Origin: the human T2T-CHM13v2.0 reference genome, Homo sapiens
NCBI RefSeq assembly: GCF_009914755.1
Contig: NC_060927.1
Length of the DNA: 64,000 nt
Reading direction: 5' to 3' (one strand)
Shown: positions 44,756 through 58,286 of the stretch, piece by piece
Position numbering within the stretch: the stretch's first letter is position 1
Layout of the letters: each line of letters starts with the position of its first letter
Position numbers and translations under genes: made by a program
The notes under the pieces: generated by a model
Database searches by the model: none
Told to the model about the DNA's origin: nothing
Seen by the model: only the letters and a program-made list of their open reading frames with translations

Positions 44756-45367
44756 ATTAATTCTATAGCCATTTATTCAAACATTTATGAGTTTATATGA
44801 AAGGCAGAGGAGAAAACTGAGAAACAAAAAAGTGTCCTATTGCTAGACCTTCACATTTGATTTTGAAACCAGTTTTCCCTAAGCAAAAAGATGCTACAAA
44901 TTCATAATTTTAAACTACTGGTGCTGTTCAAACTGGAAATGAGAGGAAAATGTATTAATAAAAATAGCTGTATAAGAATTAACTAACTCATCCTAACTCA
45001 AAACAACACCCATTTCTTCCAGTTAAGTTTTCTGTTTCATTTCCCACCTCTACTTTTCCCTGTAAGTTTGGTGATTTGTGATTAAAATGGACATACTTTT
45101 CATAATAATTGCATTAACATGTCCCCGTTTTCATCTTACCTCCTAACTACTGCAGTAAACAGGAAAATTATTGCAAAATGAAAATACAAAAAACAACCTA
45201 CGGTTTTTTTTTTTAAATTTATTTTGGGTAAGGAAAGGGAAAATTTGAGCATCACTTGCCAAAATAAATTACATACAAATTGTGTGTAAAATTAAGTTAT
45301 TTGATTCTTTTAAAATTCTATGATGTTACAATCATCTTGAGTGAGTTACTAAACTAAGCTCCTTTCT

Positions 45368-45664
45368 TTTTTTTTTTTTTTTTTGAGACGAAGTCTCACT
45401 TTGTCAAGTGCAGTGGCACAATCTTGGCTCACTGCAACTTCCGCCTCGCGGGTTCAAGCATTTCTCCTGCCTCAGCCTCCCGAGCAGCTGGGACTACAGG
45501 CATGCACCACCATGCCTGGCTAATTTTATTTATTTATTTATTTTTTAGTACAGACAGGGTTTCACCATATTGGCCAGGCTGGTCTCGAACTCCTGACCTC
45601 GTGATCCACCCGCCTCAGCCTCTCAAAGTGCTGCGATTACAGGCATGAGCCACTGCACCCAGCC
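45368..45664 (-). mobile_element. AluS with small internal deletion
   Basis: Antisense Alu; perfect 14-bp TSD ctaagctcctttct. Confidence 0.95.
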
Positions 45665-45701
45665 CTAAGCTCCTTTCTGACAGGTAAAGAAACCAGGTTT
45701 G

Positions 45702-46004
45702 GGCTGGGCACAGTGGTTCCTGCCTATAATCTCAGCACTTTGGGAGGTCAGTGCCAGCAGATGGCTTTCAACTCAGGAGTTCAAGTCCAGCCTGGCCAAT
45801 ATGATGAAATCCCATCTCTACTAAAAATACAAAAATTAGCTGAGCATAGTGGCTGGCGCCTGTAATCTCAGGTACTTGGGATGCTGAGGCAGGAGAATCA
45901 CTTGAAACTGGGAGGCAGAGGTTGCGGTGTGCCAAGATTGTACCACTGCGCTCCAGCCTGGGCAACAGAGTGAGACTCCGTCTCAAAAAAAACAAAAAAC
46001 AAAG
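45702..46004 (+). mobile_element. AluS
   Basis: Sense Alu; TSD aagaa(ac)caggtttg. Confidence 0.95.
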
Positions 46005-47956
46005 AAGAACAGGTTTGACATGATTTTGGATATCTCTGTAGTGGGGAGTGTAGAGTAAATAACTGGTAATTCCGATCTCTTTGCAAATAAGTGATGTTCG
46101 CTGGAGGTTTTCCTAGAAAGGCTGAGAAGTGAGTAATATTCAGTTACAGGGTTGCGAAGGTGTCCAGGGGTTTCTACTATAGGTATCTGTATGTGTGGAT
46201 ATGTTAAAGCGATTCCTTGGAGGCTAATGTTCAAAAACACTAGAAAACACCCACTAGAATTATTAATGACTCTTCAGTTTTATGATTGTAGTTTCCTGAT
46301 TAACTTGGTAAATTAAATTGTTCTTAAGTGGACAGAATAAGAGATAGGTATATGTTTACACAAGATTGTTACAGATTACAAAAGAAGGGGTTTCACAAGG
46401 AAAGTCAGGTTAGGTATCATAAGAAAAGAAGGATGAGTAGGCAAACCCTCAGGGCACCTCCACGGCTGCAGTTCTTTTATAACTTTCTTCTATTTCTAAT
46501 CTTCCTTGCAGACTAGAAGGCCTGATTTCTTGCCTTTCCTCAGTTCAGTCCTCAATGCTATTTGAGAGAGATGGCTTTGCCAGCAAGAGTTCCATAGCCA
46601 CCGTGTTATCTTGAAGTCAGCAGTGTGACTAGAGGCTGGAGGCTGGAGTAGATTAACCTGATTATGGACTGGCTTGGAACACGGTGTTCCTGGCCTCAGT
46701 GCTTGGGCTTCAGCCTTCTCTCCTGACCCTGAGTGTGTAAATCTGCACAGTATGTCTTTTAGCACATAAGCTTCCAAAGAGTACACAAAATTTCTATTTT
46801 ACTAACTCTGCAAAAGCTCTAAAACAGGGCTGTGACTAACCTCTTGCTGTGTTTGGGGGGACTTTTTCTACAGCATATTGATGCATAATTAGTAAAATTG
46901 AATAATAGTAAAACTTTTTTGAGCAATTACAGATTAGTAAATGATATTTGACAATTTTTCCTAACGAATTCATTTAACAATTCCTGAGCAACCACTACAT
47001 ACCAGGCACTGTTCTAGGCCCTGCAGTTACAGCAAAACAAAACTGACAAAGACCACAGAAGTAGAATCTACAGTGCATGAGGTGGTTATAAGTGCTGTGG
47101 ACAAAAATTAAGCAGGAAGGGCAATGGGGCGGGGGCTATAATTTGTTAAAAATGGCTTCACTGAGAGGGTGAGTGACCTTTAATTAATGAACTGAAGCAG
47201 AGCCAGCTGTGTGCAGCATGGAGCGGGAGCAGGGCAGACAGGGAGAGATTGCAAGTGTCCAGCCTGTGAAGCAGGAGTGTGCCTGCCACACACAGAAGAG
47301 CAGGGAGACCAGTGTGGCTGAGAGAGGGCTGGGGAGAGGAGAAGGAGATGGGGTCAGAGGTCATGGGTGAATGGCATGGACCAGATGCACTGCGCCTTGA
47401 TGCTGTTGTAAGGGCTTGGCCTTGGTTCTGGGTGAGATGGAAGGGTTCTGAGCAGAGATATGACATGAGCTGTCTTCTGTTTTATCAGGGTCACTCTGTC
47501 TGCTGTGTTGAAAATAACTAGAAAGGGACAAAGGTGGATGCTGGGAGACAGGAGCTGCTGCTGTGGTCAAGGGAGGGGTGACGGTGGATAATGGCAGCAG
47601 TGGAGGTAGTGAGGAGTAGCACAGGTATTTTGAAGGTAGAGCTGGCAGTATTTCCTGATAACTTTGATAAGGGGTATGAAAGAAAGGGAGGAGTTTAAAA
47701 AACAAACCATCAGAAAACCATAAGAAATGGAGCCTGAGCAACTGAAAGGATAGAGTTACCATTACGTGAGTTTTAGGGAAGCCTGTATGAGGAGCAGGTT
47801 TGCGGGGAAAATCAGGGCATTTTAAGTTCAAAATACCCCTATGTGTTCAAACGGAGATGCTGGATAGACAATTGGATAGTTAAGTCTGGAATTCAGAAGA
47901 AAGGTCCCAGCTGGAAATATCCATTAAGAGTTCATTTAAAGCCCTGTAAAGGAGTA

Positions 47957-48222
47957 CAAAGGTGCTATTCAAAATAATTAACAACCAATATAGTAATGGT
48001 ACTAACCAATCAAAGTACTGGAGCACAGTTCTAAAGGGTCAGGTGTCAACCTTTTAGAAATTAGATCCTTGGAAGGTCTGAGGGTCCCAGAGTGAGGCCA
48101 GAGTGGCTGGAGAGGGCAGAGGAGAGGGTGAGGAGCAGCTCTCAACTGGCCCAAAGGGCAGCATTTCCACGTTTTATCAATAGCATAGCACACCAGGACA
48201 CAGCAGGTGAAAATTAGCCCCG
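47957..48222. mobile_element. hAT-type non-autonomous element (MER53-like)
   Basis: attcaaaataattaacaacc..accaatca motif; 8-bp TSD aaggagta/aaggaata. Confidence 0.5.
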
Positions 48223-48366
48223 AAGGAATACAGAACAAGAAGTCCTTCAAGGACTGAGCCCTGGGAAGTCCAATATTTAGAGGCTGGGGGAGGAGGACAG
48301 AGAGGAGACTGAGCAGAAACAGCCAGTGACATGCGGGAAATGCCAGTTGTGTGGTGTCCTAGGAGA

Positions 48367-48502
48367 ACGGTGACTGTAAGGTCCAGTTGCCTGAGATGGT
48401 CCAAGTTGAGGCCTGTGTCTCAGCTGTACGTAGTAATAGTACCACCCATCTTTCACTCTCGAAAGTGTCTTTATTCTGATGATAAATTACCTGGCCTTCC
48501 TA
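48367..48502 (+). mobile_element. MER81-like hAT-Blackjack element
   Basis: ggtgactgtaaggtccagttgcc..ctttcactctcgaaagtgtc..gatgataaattac. Confidence 0.7.
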
Positions 48503-48920
48503 CATAAAAGCCAAGTGAAAAAAGTGGTGTAAGTAGAAGGAATAATCAAGTATTTAAATGCTGCTCCTAAGACAAGTAAGAGGAGGACTGAGAAATGGTG
48601 GCTGCATTTAGTGTTATGGAGGTCACTGGGACCCTGTCAGAAAATGGCTTTAGTGCTGCGGCAGGCATGAGGACTTGAGGTCAAAGGAAAATAGGAGGAG
48701 AGGAATTGGTGACAGTAAATACAGATGCATCTCTTAAGAAGTTTTGCTGTTTAAACAACAACAACAGAAAGAGGCAGAAAATTAATGGTGAGTGGTTGGA
48801 AACAGGCTAATCAAGATAGGGTTTAGGGAGATGGGAAAATTGCAGTATGCTTGCCAACTGGGGGATACCCTAAAAGAAAGGGGTAAACTGATGCTGAATG
48901 AGAAGAAAAGACAGTGTAGT

Positions 48921-49139
48921 CAGGGCTATGTTATGACTTCCATGAGCCCTAGGCACTTTTGCCATCATGGGCCCATATTTAAAATATTACACATTATATA
49001 AAAGTGAATAAATTAACATATATTAAAGCATTTTCCTTGACCTAGAAGTTCTTACTTTTCTTATGATTTTAAAGGCGCCTCTAAAAGTATCATGAACCCC
49101 AGACACTGTACCTACCAGCCTGTGGATTCATCTGCCCTC
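48921..49139. mobile_element. hAT-Tip100 MITE (MER96B-like)
   Basis: cagggc..gccctaggcacttttgcc..ctaaaagtatcatgaaccccagacactgtacctac..gccct. Confidence 0.6.
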
Positions 49140-49929
49140 AAAGTTGTTAGGTTGGTAAGAAGAGAATGGGGTTGGTGGACAAGTGGAGGGTTGGCCTGAG
49201 ATGCAAGCCCTGGTTGCTCATCCACAGAACAGGACAGAGAGCAGAGTGCAGGGCACAGGTAGGTGGGTAGATACAGTGATGGGAATGGGTGCAAGGTTTT
49301 TTTGGTGTTTTTTTCTCGATTGTTTCTATTTTCTCAATGAAATGTAAGCACAGTCAAAAGCTGAGAGTGAGGATGGTGGAGGAGGCATGGATGTTTGAGG
49401 AGGGAGGAAAAAGTGTGAAACAGCCACCGAGGAGTGTGGCAGTCCATTCACTCGAATGGACTGGGAAAAATGGAGAAGGATTCCAGGGCAGCAACGAAAG
49501 CCCCCTGAGGTGAGGTGAGGAATTTCAAATGAGACCAGTCAGCATGAGTTGTGTGTTTTTCCTCCAGCCACATTCAGCTGCTTAGTTGCAGGGGCAGAGT
49601 AGGAGGAGAGTTGGAGTCAAGCGGGGATGGAGTTTTGCCAAGTAAGTATGACAAAGCAAGAGGTAGCTGGGCAGTAAGATGTATGCACAATGACTATAAT
49701 AATGGGCCATGGAAATTAAGCTGGGTAACGATGGAAGTGGGCATATGAAGAGAGTAGGGATATTGAAATGATAGGAGGTTTGATTGTGGATCCTCGTGAG
49801 TCAAAAATAGAGTTAAGCTGTAGGGGAATTGAATTGGAAAGATGGCTAATGATGGTATGAGAGTGGGATGCCTGAAATTATGGAGGCATGTGCAGTTATT
49901 AATAGGAGGCCTACATGTAACACATGAAT

Positions 49930-50540
<611 letters not shown>

Positions 50541-50581
50541 CCAACTGAACTGTCTATGGAATATTCTAGACATGTAGATAA

Positions 50582-50978
50582 CAGTGGATGTGATGTGAAA
50601 CTAATGATGTTCAGGCTCTGGGTCCGTCACTCTCACAGGCCCTGTCCAGGGATCCTGATTGGGGGTTAGCAACACATTCACATGGCCATAGATTTTTGTA
50701 AAATTTACAAGAGTAAGATATTTCAAATGCGATTAGTTAAGACTAGTCTCTTTCCAAATCTCCCCCATGGCACTTTCCCTGTATTGGATGCTGTTGGAGA
50801 AGTCCCTGTATTGGATGCTGTTGGAGAAGCTGTGAGCATTCAAAGTAAATATTCACTTCTAACAGAATTCATTTCTGAATAAGCATACATTTTCATACCT
50901 AATTTTGTATTCTTTTTTTAAGAGGGCTCTTTATAATTGAATAAGCTTCAGGCCCTGTAAAACTTAGATCTGCCTCTA
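50582..50978. mobile_element. hAT-Tip100 element (MER115/Zaphod-like)
   Basis: gtgaaactaatga..ttcacatggccatagatttttgtaaaatttacaagagtaagatattt..ataagcttcaggccc..gatctgcc. Confidence 0.6.
50776..50829. repeat. Perfect 27-bp tandem duplication
   Basis: tccctgtattggatgctgttggagaag x2. Confidence 0.95.
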
Positions 50979-52559
50979 CAGGTTTAGCAATTCTTCTTTA
51001 ATAGTCCGTTTCCTCAATGATGTCTAAATTCCTGGATTCCTGGCTATGTCCTGCTGCCCAAACATCTGTTGCTAAACGGTATAGCAAAAGCCTCTTCCCT
51101 GCTCCCTCTCCAAAAGCCAGGCGACTTTCACTTTCCTAGAAAAGTCATGCTCTGTAAACCTAAACCAAATTTTTGTGGCAGCAGTCCTGTACACTAACTA
51201 ATTAGGATGAAGGTATTAACCTTCAAACTGATTTTACATAGTTATGAAAACATACAAATAACTCTAACTGTCTCGAATACTTTAATTTGGAGTGTTTTTT
51301 CTATCATTGTTGCCTTAATTCTGTATCAACATAGATAATCATTAACTCAGAATTTTAGATGTACAAGATTATTTGGAGATCACTTAATCTCATCCTCTCA
51401 TTTTATAGCTTTGTGAGCTGAGATGCAAAATAGGAGCTATGACTATTTACAGTTCTACTGGGAAGAATAATCATTTCTTAAGGAAGGCTCAGTCCTGAGT
51501 TAAGTGTAAGGTGAGAAGATCAAGTGAGGCACGTCCCAGCTCAGAGACAGAAAGCTGCTAACCACATACTCTTGTAAAATTCAAACACATTGTTTCTTGC
51601 TAACAGACACTAATGCCTATAATAAATTAAGGAGGGTTAAGTTAAGCAATAAACAACTACATTGACACAGGGTATAAACTTGTTGTCCTAATTAATGTAT
51701 TGACCAATAGATCTTTATAGGCTGAAAACCCTTGTCCTAATTCAGCCATAATACATACGTTCTTTTTCTATGTACTAGAACTGAACCGTATTCAATATTT
51801 AAACAATAGTTACACAGAGTTAGGTCTTCGAAAAACACAGAGAAGGACTCAGAATAAATCCAAGTTTTGTCACACTTTCCTCTAAGAGTAATGATACTTT
51901 GACTTACCTCATAGTATTATGAAGATTAACAAGATTATGCCTATAAATATTCTAAGCTCTTTGGATTTAAAAATTGCAGTTGGCTGGCAGTAACATTTTC
52001 TTTATGTCTAGTCTGTGTGGTTCATTTTATAATGAGATACAGCTTTAAAGTAAGGAGACTAATCTTGGACAAGCATATCCCATCAAGACTCATGTATCCA
52101 AACCTGCTTTGTCCTGCCATGTGGTCACCATGGGAAACTCTATATTTATTCTGATGAGGATTCCACTGCTTATAACATTTCCTGAACTTCTCTTTAGGCA
52201 CTGCCTTGGAGTCAACTTATGAGACACAGGAGAAAAATAGCCTCCTTATTAGGGAAATTATGGAAGTACATAAAGTTCTTTAAAAAAAAAAAAACTACTA
52301 CTACTCATTTACAAGGTAACTCAGTACCCTGCAAAGACAAAGTTCTATGCATCTAGCAAAGAAGCAATTGCAGAAGATGACAAATGTCAGGTTAAAATTC
52401 CTAAAGGGTTGATATAAGGTTCATCAGAAGTATTTTTAAGCATATCTATGCATATGACATTCTTCTGGAAGATAGGAAGAGGAGCTTTTTAAATATGAAA
52501 AGTCAAACATCTAGTTTTCAGTTATTTTGACAGGTCATATGTTGGCCAACAATTTTAGT

Positions 52560-52790
52560 AAGTGTGAACATCTGTGTAGTACGTTATAATTGTTAAAGAG
52601 TTTTTATGTACATTGGTTTATCTTCACAACAACCCTAAGATATTTCAAAGATAAATAATATTATCACCTTCATTTTACTTATATAAAAATTCAGGCTCAC
52701 AAAGTTAAAAGAAAGCCCAAGTTAGTGCAACTAATAAATGAGTCTGATTTCAGACACACCTACTTCTAATTTCTCACCCTAGATTTCAAC
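52560..52790 (-). mobile_element. MIR SINE
   Basis: tttatcttcacaacaaccctaag..attatcaccttcattttac..aggctcacaaagttaa. Confidence 0.7.
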
Positions 52791-52797
52791 ATTTTAA

Positions 52798-53100
<303 letters not shown>

Positions 53101-53129
53101 AACCCTGAACGCTTTTAACATTTTAACTA

Positions 53130-53905
53130 ATATTTTCTAAAGTGTGTTATGAAGAATTCTATACCCTCAACATGGTCTTTATAGTGGTTTTAAAATATGT
53201 CCACAAATTATTTGACATTACTCTATTCAAAAGTTACAGCCTACAAAAGGGAAAGGCAGAGAAACCTAGTTCTCCTCTTGAGCGTAGGGTGGATTTAGTG
53301 ACTCATTAGTAGATGTGATCATATGTGACATCTGATACAAGGTCATAAAAGGCATTACAGCCTTCTCCTTGATGTCGTTTATATCATTCATTCTGAGGGA
53401 AAGCAGCTACCATGTCATGAGAATATTCAAGCAGCCCTATGGTGAGGGCCACATGGTGAGGAGCTGAGGCCTCCTACTAACAGCCGCATGACAGAGCCAT
53501 CTTGGAAGCAGATCTTTCAGCTCTGGTCAAGCTTTCAGATGACTGAAGCCCCACATAACATCTTGATTACAATCTAAGAGAGACTCTGAACCAGAACCAC
53601 CCAGTTAAGCGACTTCTAGATTCCTGATTCCCAGAAACTGTATGAGGTGATGTTTGTTGTTTGAAGCCCATAAATTGTGGGTAATTTTTCAGCAATACAT
53701 AGCTGATATGGTCCTCAAACAAAGTTTGGGAAACCCTGTATTCTATAATCCTCTTAAAGATTTATAATATCTGTTAGTATATAAAGGCTCTTGAGAAGTC
53801 CTGCAGCAAAGAAACTTGTTTTTACTTTTTCATAATGCAATTCCAAGTCCCCCTTTGACAAAATATCATTCACACCCCCATGGAACTGATTTGGGATGAT
53901 TTGAA
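53130..53905. mobile_element. hAT-Charlie MITE (MER112-like), interrupted by MLT1F
   Basis: ttctaaagtgtgtt..; aagtttgggaaac..taaaggctcttgagaagtcctgcagcaaagaaac. Confidence 0.55.
53180..53709 (+). mobile_element. MaLR solo LTR, MLT1F-like
   Basis: tggttttaaaatatgtccacaaattatttgaca..ggtcataaaagg..gagccatcttggaagcagatc..ccagaaccacccag. Confidence 0.85.
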
Positions 53906-53959
53906 CTGCATCCTTATAGGTTGTTAGCAATTTCAGTTAATTGCAAATCTACAAGTAAG

Positions 53960-54530
53960 CATTTTGACAAAATATCAAAAACTATACTACACATCCAGTA
54001 TATGTTTGAGTCTCTACTAGACATTCTACAAAGCAATGACTTGGATTCTTTCAAAATGTCAATGTCATAAAAGACAAAAATGTTTGGGAAACTGTTGTAG
54101 ATTAAGAGAGACTAAGAAGGCAGGTCAACTAAATATAATGCTTGATTCTTGATTGGATTCTGGATCAGAAAAAATATATCTATAAAGTATACTATTGAGA
54201 CAATTCAGAGAATTTAAATTATGGATTGTAGTTAGATAATAATAATGTATTAATGTTAAATTGTCCAAGTATAATAATTGTACTATAGTTATGTAGAAAA
54301 ATATCTTTTTTCTTAGGCATGCTGAAACTGTAGGGCTAAAGAGTTAAATATCTGTAACCCTCAAATGATTCAGGAAAAAGTAGGAAAAATATCTTTTTTC
54401 TTAGGCATGCTGAAACTGTAGGGCTAAAGAGTTAAATATCTGTAACCCTCAAATGATTCAGGAAAAAGTAGGAAATATGCATTTGTGTCTGTGGGGGTTG
54501 GGGAAAGGGTGGGCAAAAGTGAGGAGAAAA
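53960..54530 (+). mobile_element. L1MC4/5-like 3'UTR fragment
   Basis: ttcaaaatgtcaatgtcataaaagacaaa..agattaagagagactaaga..gattggattctggatcagaaaaa. Confidence 0.75.
54296..54475. repeat. Perfect 88-bp tandem duplication
   Basis: 54296-54383 identical to 54384-54471. Confidence 0.95.
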
Positions 54531-54819
54531 ATGTCAGAGTTTCTATCTAGAGTATAACTAAACAGTTAAGATGGGGGATAGGATATGAAGACCCTCTTCT
54601 AATTGCTGAATTTTGAGGTCTCTGTTCAGCAGCAGCCCCGACAGACAGATGAAGGAAGTGAAACACCTGATCCTGACTCATCCTTCAAGTTACAGAGTCA
54701 ATATTTCTACCTGACCACCATATCTCAGTAGGTTCCTCTCAGTTGTTCTCATTCACAGACCACTCTGTAAATCTCATAACACTTGCTCAGTTTTAAAATT
54801 TCAAGTGGATATTTATTCT

Positions 54820-54970
54820 ATACCTCTTTATTGCATATCTTTTTCTGCTAGATTGTATGTTCACTGGGGACATGAGTAATATCTCTTTCATTTACCACTT
54901 CTTTCAGTCCTTCACCCAAAGCCTGGCCCATAATATGCACTCACAGTGTATTTTTTTAGAGTAAATTAAT
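54820..54970 (+). mobile_element. L2 3' end
   Basis: ctagattgtatgttcactggggac..gcctggcccataatatgcactca. Confidence 0.6.
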
Positions 54971-55182
54971 GTTTTTGTCGCTCTTTTTTTCCTACTGTGT
55001 GGTGCTCGTAGGTTACCTCTCACATTCAGTAAGTGAAAAGGGCCTTTATGCTACCTGGTGGACATACACACATACCTGTCAACGTCAATGTCTCATATCA
55101 TATGATGATTCCTGGTCCCCACAGCCAGATTTTTCCTAGAGGTTAGCTGAGTATCTAACCATCATCTAGCCACAATAAATGG

Positions 55183-55634
55183 TATGCTGGGTTGAACAGT
55201 GTTCCCCAGAAATTCATGTCCAACCAGAACCTCAGAATGCAATCTTATTTGGAAATAGGATATTTGCATGTAATTAGTTAAATTAAAATGATGTCATACT
55301 AAATTAGGGTGTGCCCCAATCCAATGACTAGTGTCCTTGTAAGAAGAAAAAAGAGAGATACAGGGACACACAGACACAGAAGGTGGAATGCCATGTGAAG
55401 AGTAGAAATTGGAGAACTGCATCTACAGGGCGAGGAACCCCAAGGGTTCCTAATAACCAGAAGGTAGGAGGAAGGAAGGAAGGATTCTTCCCTAGAGCCT
55501 TTGATGAGACCATGGCCCTGCTGACACCTTGATTTCAGACTTCTGGCCTCCAGAACTGTGAGACAATAAATTTCTGTTATTCTAAGCCACATAGTTTGTG
55601 GTCATTTGTTATGGCAGCCTAGGAGACAAATATA
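55183..55634 (+). mobile_element. MaLR solo LTR, MLT1C-like
   Basis: gggttgaacagtgttcccc..aaattcatgtcca..gaacctcagaatg..ggccctgctgacaccttgatttcagacttctggcctccagaactgtgagacaataaatttctg. Confidence 0.9.
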
Positions 55635-56229
55635 GATGGTGTGTATGGATATCTTAAAACTGAACTAATGTGCTAGATACAGCCTTCCTAGGTAAGCCTC
55701 CACTCTAGGTCTACTTTCCACAGTAATTAGCCCTATAAGCCTATTGCACAGAGACTGACCACAATGAAAAGAGTTTCAATAAACAAGTCCCCAGCCTATC
55801 AAATTGTTAATAGGGGTTGGCAGCTTATTTGTCATCCCTCTCAGGATATTTGCATTTTAATAAGATACTTAGACATTCAATATTCATGGAACCATTTACT
55901 CGCTAAGGTGAACTAAGTGCCCACTATGTCAGACATCGCTGTAGGTCAGCCAGAGAACTATTTCAGGACAAAAAAGTAGCCTTCCCTGAATGCTTCAAAT
56001 CACACCCTAGCAATCATTCAATGAGCTTAATGCACTTATTGGATATTCTATCTGGGGAATACAATAATATGTATATTTTCTATTGAAGAAGAGGATGCTC
56101 TGTCTGGAAAAGTTATTCTCTGTGTGAGCACAGTTTGGGGAGATACAAACGAAGAATCAAGAGGAGGAAAAGCAATCATATGGCCAGTCAAGCACAGTTA
56201 GGCTAATCATTGCTGGAGAATCCCACAAC

Positions 56230-56560
56230 ACACGTTCTCTCGGCTTTACTCCTAGTTCTCTGGCCTCTTGTTCTCCTCCTTTAAATGTTCATCTCCCTCT
56301 GTCCATCCTGCAAATGTTTGTGTTCTTCACCATTTTGTTGATAGGTCTGCTATTCTACATACTCTCCCTGAATTTTTGCATCCAGTTCTATTGGTGTCAA
56401 TTACCATTCAACATATGCTGATGTCTCCCCAATCTAGAACTTCCTCCTAAGCCCCGTACCAACTACTTACTAGAGAGCTCCCCTCTAGGTGTTCTATAAA
56501 TATCTCAAATTTAACATTTCAAAAACTCCACCCATTGCTTTAACCATCAAATCTATTCTT
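56230..56560 (+). mobile_element. L2 fragment
   Basis: tatgctgatgtctcccc..atctcaaatttaacatttcaaaaact. Confidence 0.55.
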
Positions 56561-57039
56561 CTATCCTAATCCACCATGTTTGTTACATGAGAAACCACAC
56601 TGTAATTGGCTCAATAAGGTTAATATGGTATTTCCATTACTTGTTCAAAATTTAGTTCTTTTGAGCTTTAAGAGCAACCCCAATTCTAGTTTTCTGTGAT
56701 TTTGAGAATAATTTCTGTTTACCCTGTCACTGATCCATATTTCTCCTTTCAGACTATAATCTTAGTTTCAAAAGTCCATCTCCATTTTTTTAAGGCTTTA
56801 AGAATTACCTTGGTCTTCTCCAACTCTTTCACAAAACAGCAGCTGAAATTTCTAACAGTAGAGTTCTGTTACCTAAATTATGACATATCAATATAATAAA
56901 AAATCATGTTATAGATGTATATTTACTAATCTAAAAATGTTTATGATTTAATATTATAAAAAGCAGGTTTTACAACTGTACAGAACATGGTAACAACTTT
57001 TGTTCCACAAAATAAGTATGATCACAATAGCCAGGTAAA

Positions 57040-57700
57040 TATTGCAGACTGGACAATATTTACCTTTACTCTTCCTTGAAACTCCACTAAAATGACAATT
57101 CCATAAAGGAAATAAGAGAGAAACTGCAGGTAGCAGCCTTAGAAGTGAAGTCAGGGAAGATGCCTCTGAGACAACCATGCGAGAGAAGTTATCCAACAGC
57201 TGAGAATGAGCCTCTGTGTGAAGAATTGGAGAAAAGCACATCAAGACTAGGGAATAAGAGCAAAGGCCCAGAGGTGGCAAAGGGCTTTTCATTTATGATA
57301 AATTAAAACCCAGGAAGAGCCTTTGACGGGTTTTAAATTTGGGAGTGACATGATCTGATTTTTTGTTTTTTCTCTTGCTATGGCAAGGAAATCTATTAGA
57401 ATTTGGCAAGACTGGCAGCAGAGGACCAATGAGGATTCCATTCCTGTTGTCCAGGTGAAAAATGATGTGATTTGGGCTAGGAGGAGGCTGCTGAGATTAA
57501 AAAATAGAAATATATTTTGGTGGTATATTTTGATGATATATTGATATGTTTGATGACAGAGATATATTTTGTGATATATCCTATTTGTTCCCTAGGACTT
57601 TAACATCCCTATCTGGATATTAAAATAAGAGAAATCAAGCATGTCATTAGCTTCCACAATGTGGCAAATACTGTGCCATCTACTGGGATGATATTTATAT
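57040..57700 (-). mobile_element. L2 fragment
   Basis: agtcagggaagatgcctctgag..gcaaaggcccagaggtgg..gagtgacatgatctgattt..gtccaggtgaaaaatgatg. Confidence 0.7.
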
Positions 57701-58167
57701 ATTCAGGATATCTATTATGATTGGTTGAGCATCAATGGGATGCCCCTTGGTGGGGGTAGAAAACTACTTAAGAATTATATCACTTATTCTTATGTCTAGA
57801 TGTATAGACTACAAATTACTTGCAAAAAAAATCCAGTTCAGAGATGAATTATTTGAAAGGAAATTCCTAGTTCTATAAATAACTAAGACACACAGTTTTA
57901 AAAGGAGACATAATACTGGCTTCTTAAAAGTGTTTTAACACAACCTACCTCACTATTTTACAAAGAGAACTTGTTCTTATAAGGCCATGGATTCATTTGC
58001 CAAAGGAATCCAGGCCTATGTGGCAAAGGGACCCACTTATTGACTCTGCTTCTTGAGACTCAGAGTTAAGTAGACTTGGGAGGGTGGACAGAGTGGTCCT
58101 GCCCCAGGCTCAGTGGCTAAAACTGTCAAGGAGGTCCCTGAAATAACCTTGAAGAATGGGCAAGTCT

Positions 58168-58286
58168 AGGCTGCACTGTGAAGAGTCTCAGTAGTGTGTG
58201 ACTAAGGCTAGCCATAGTCACACACTTCCCAGGCTGCACTGTGAAAAGTCTCAATGGTGTGTGACTAAGGCTAGCCATGATGACAT
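58168..58286. repeat. Imperfect tandem duplication, 63-bp period
   Basis: aggctgcactgtgaa(g/a)agtctca(g/a)t(a/g)gtgtgtgactaaggctagccat at 58168 and 58231. Confidence 0.9.

Larger units (their letters stand above)
46960..49905 (-). mobile_element. Long L2 (L2a-like) copy interrupted by three DNA transposons
   Basis: 3' terminus at ~46960 (attcatttaac..ccaggcactgttctaggc); continuous antisense L2 motifs (agcagagatatgacatgagctg, ttttgaaggtagagctg, aggactgagccctgggaagtccaatatttagagg, gaggactgagaaatgg). Confidence 0.85.
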
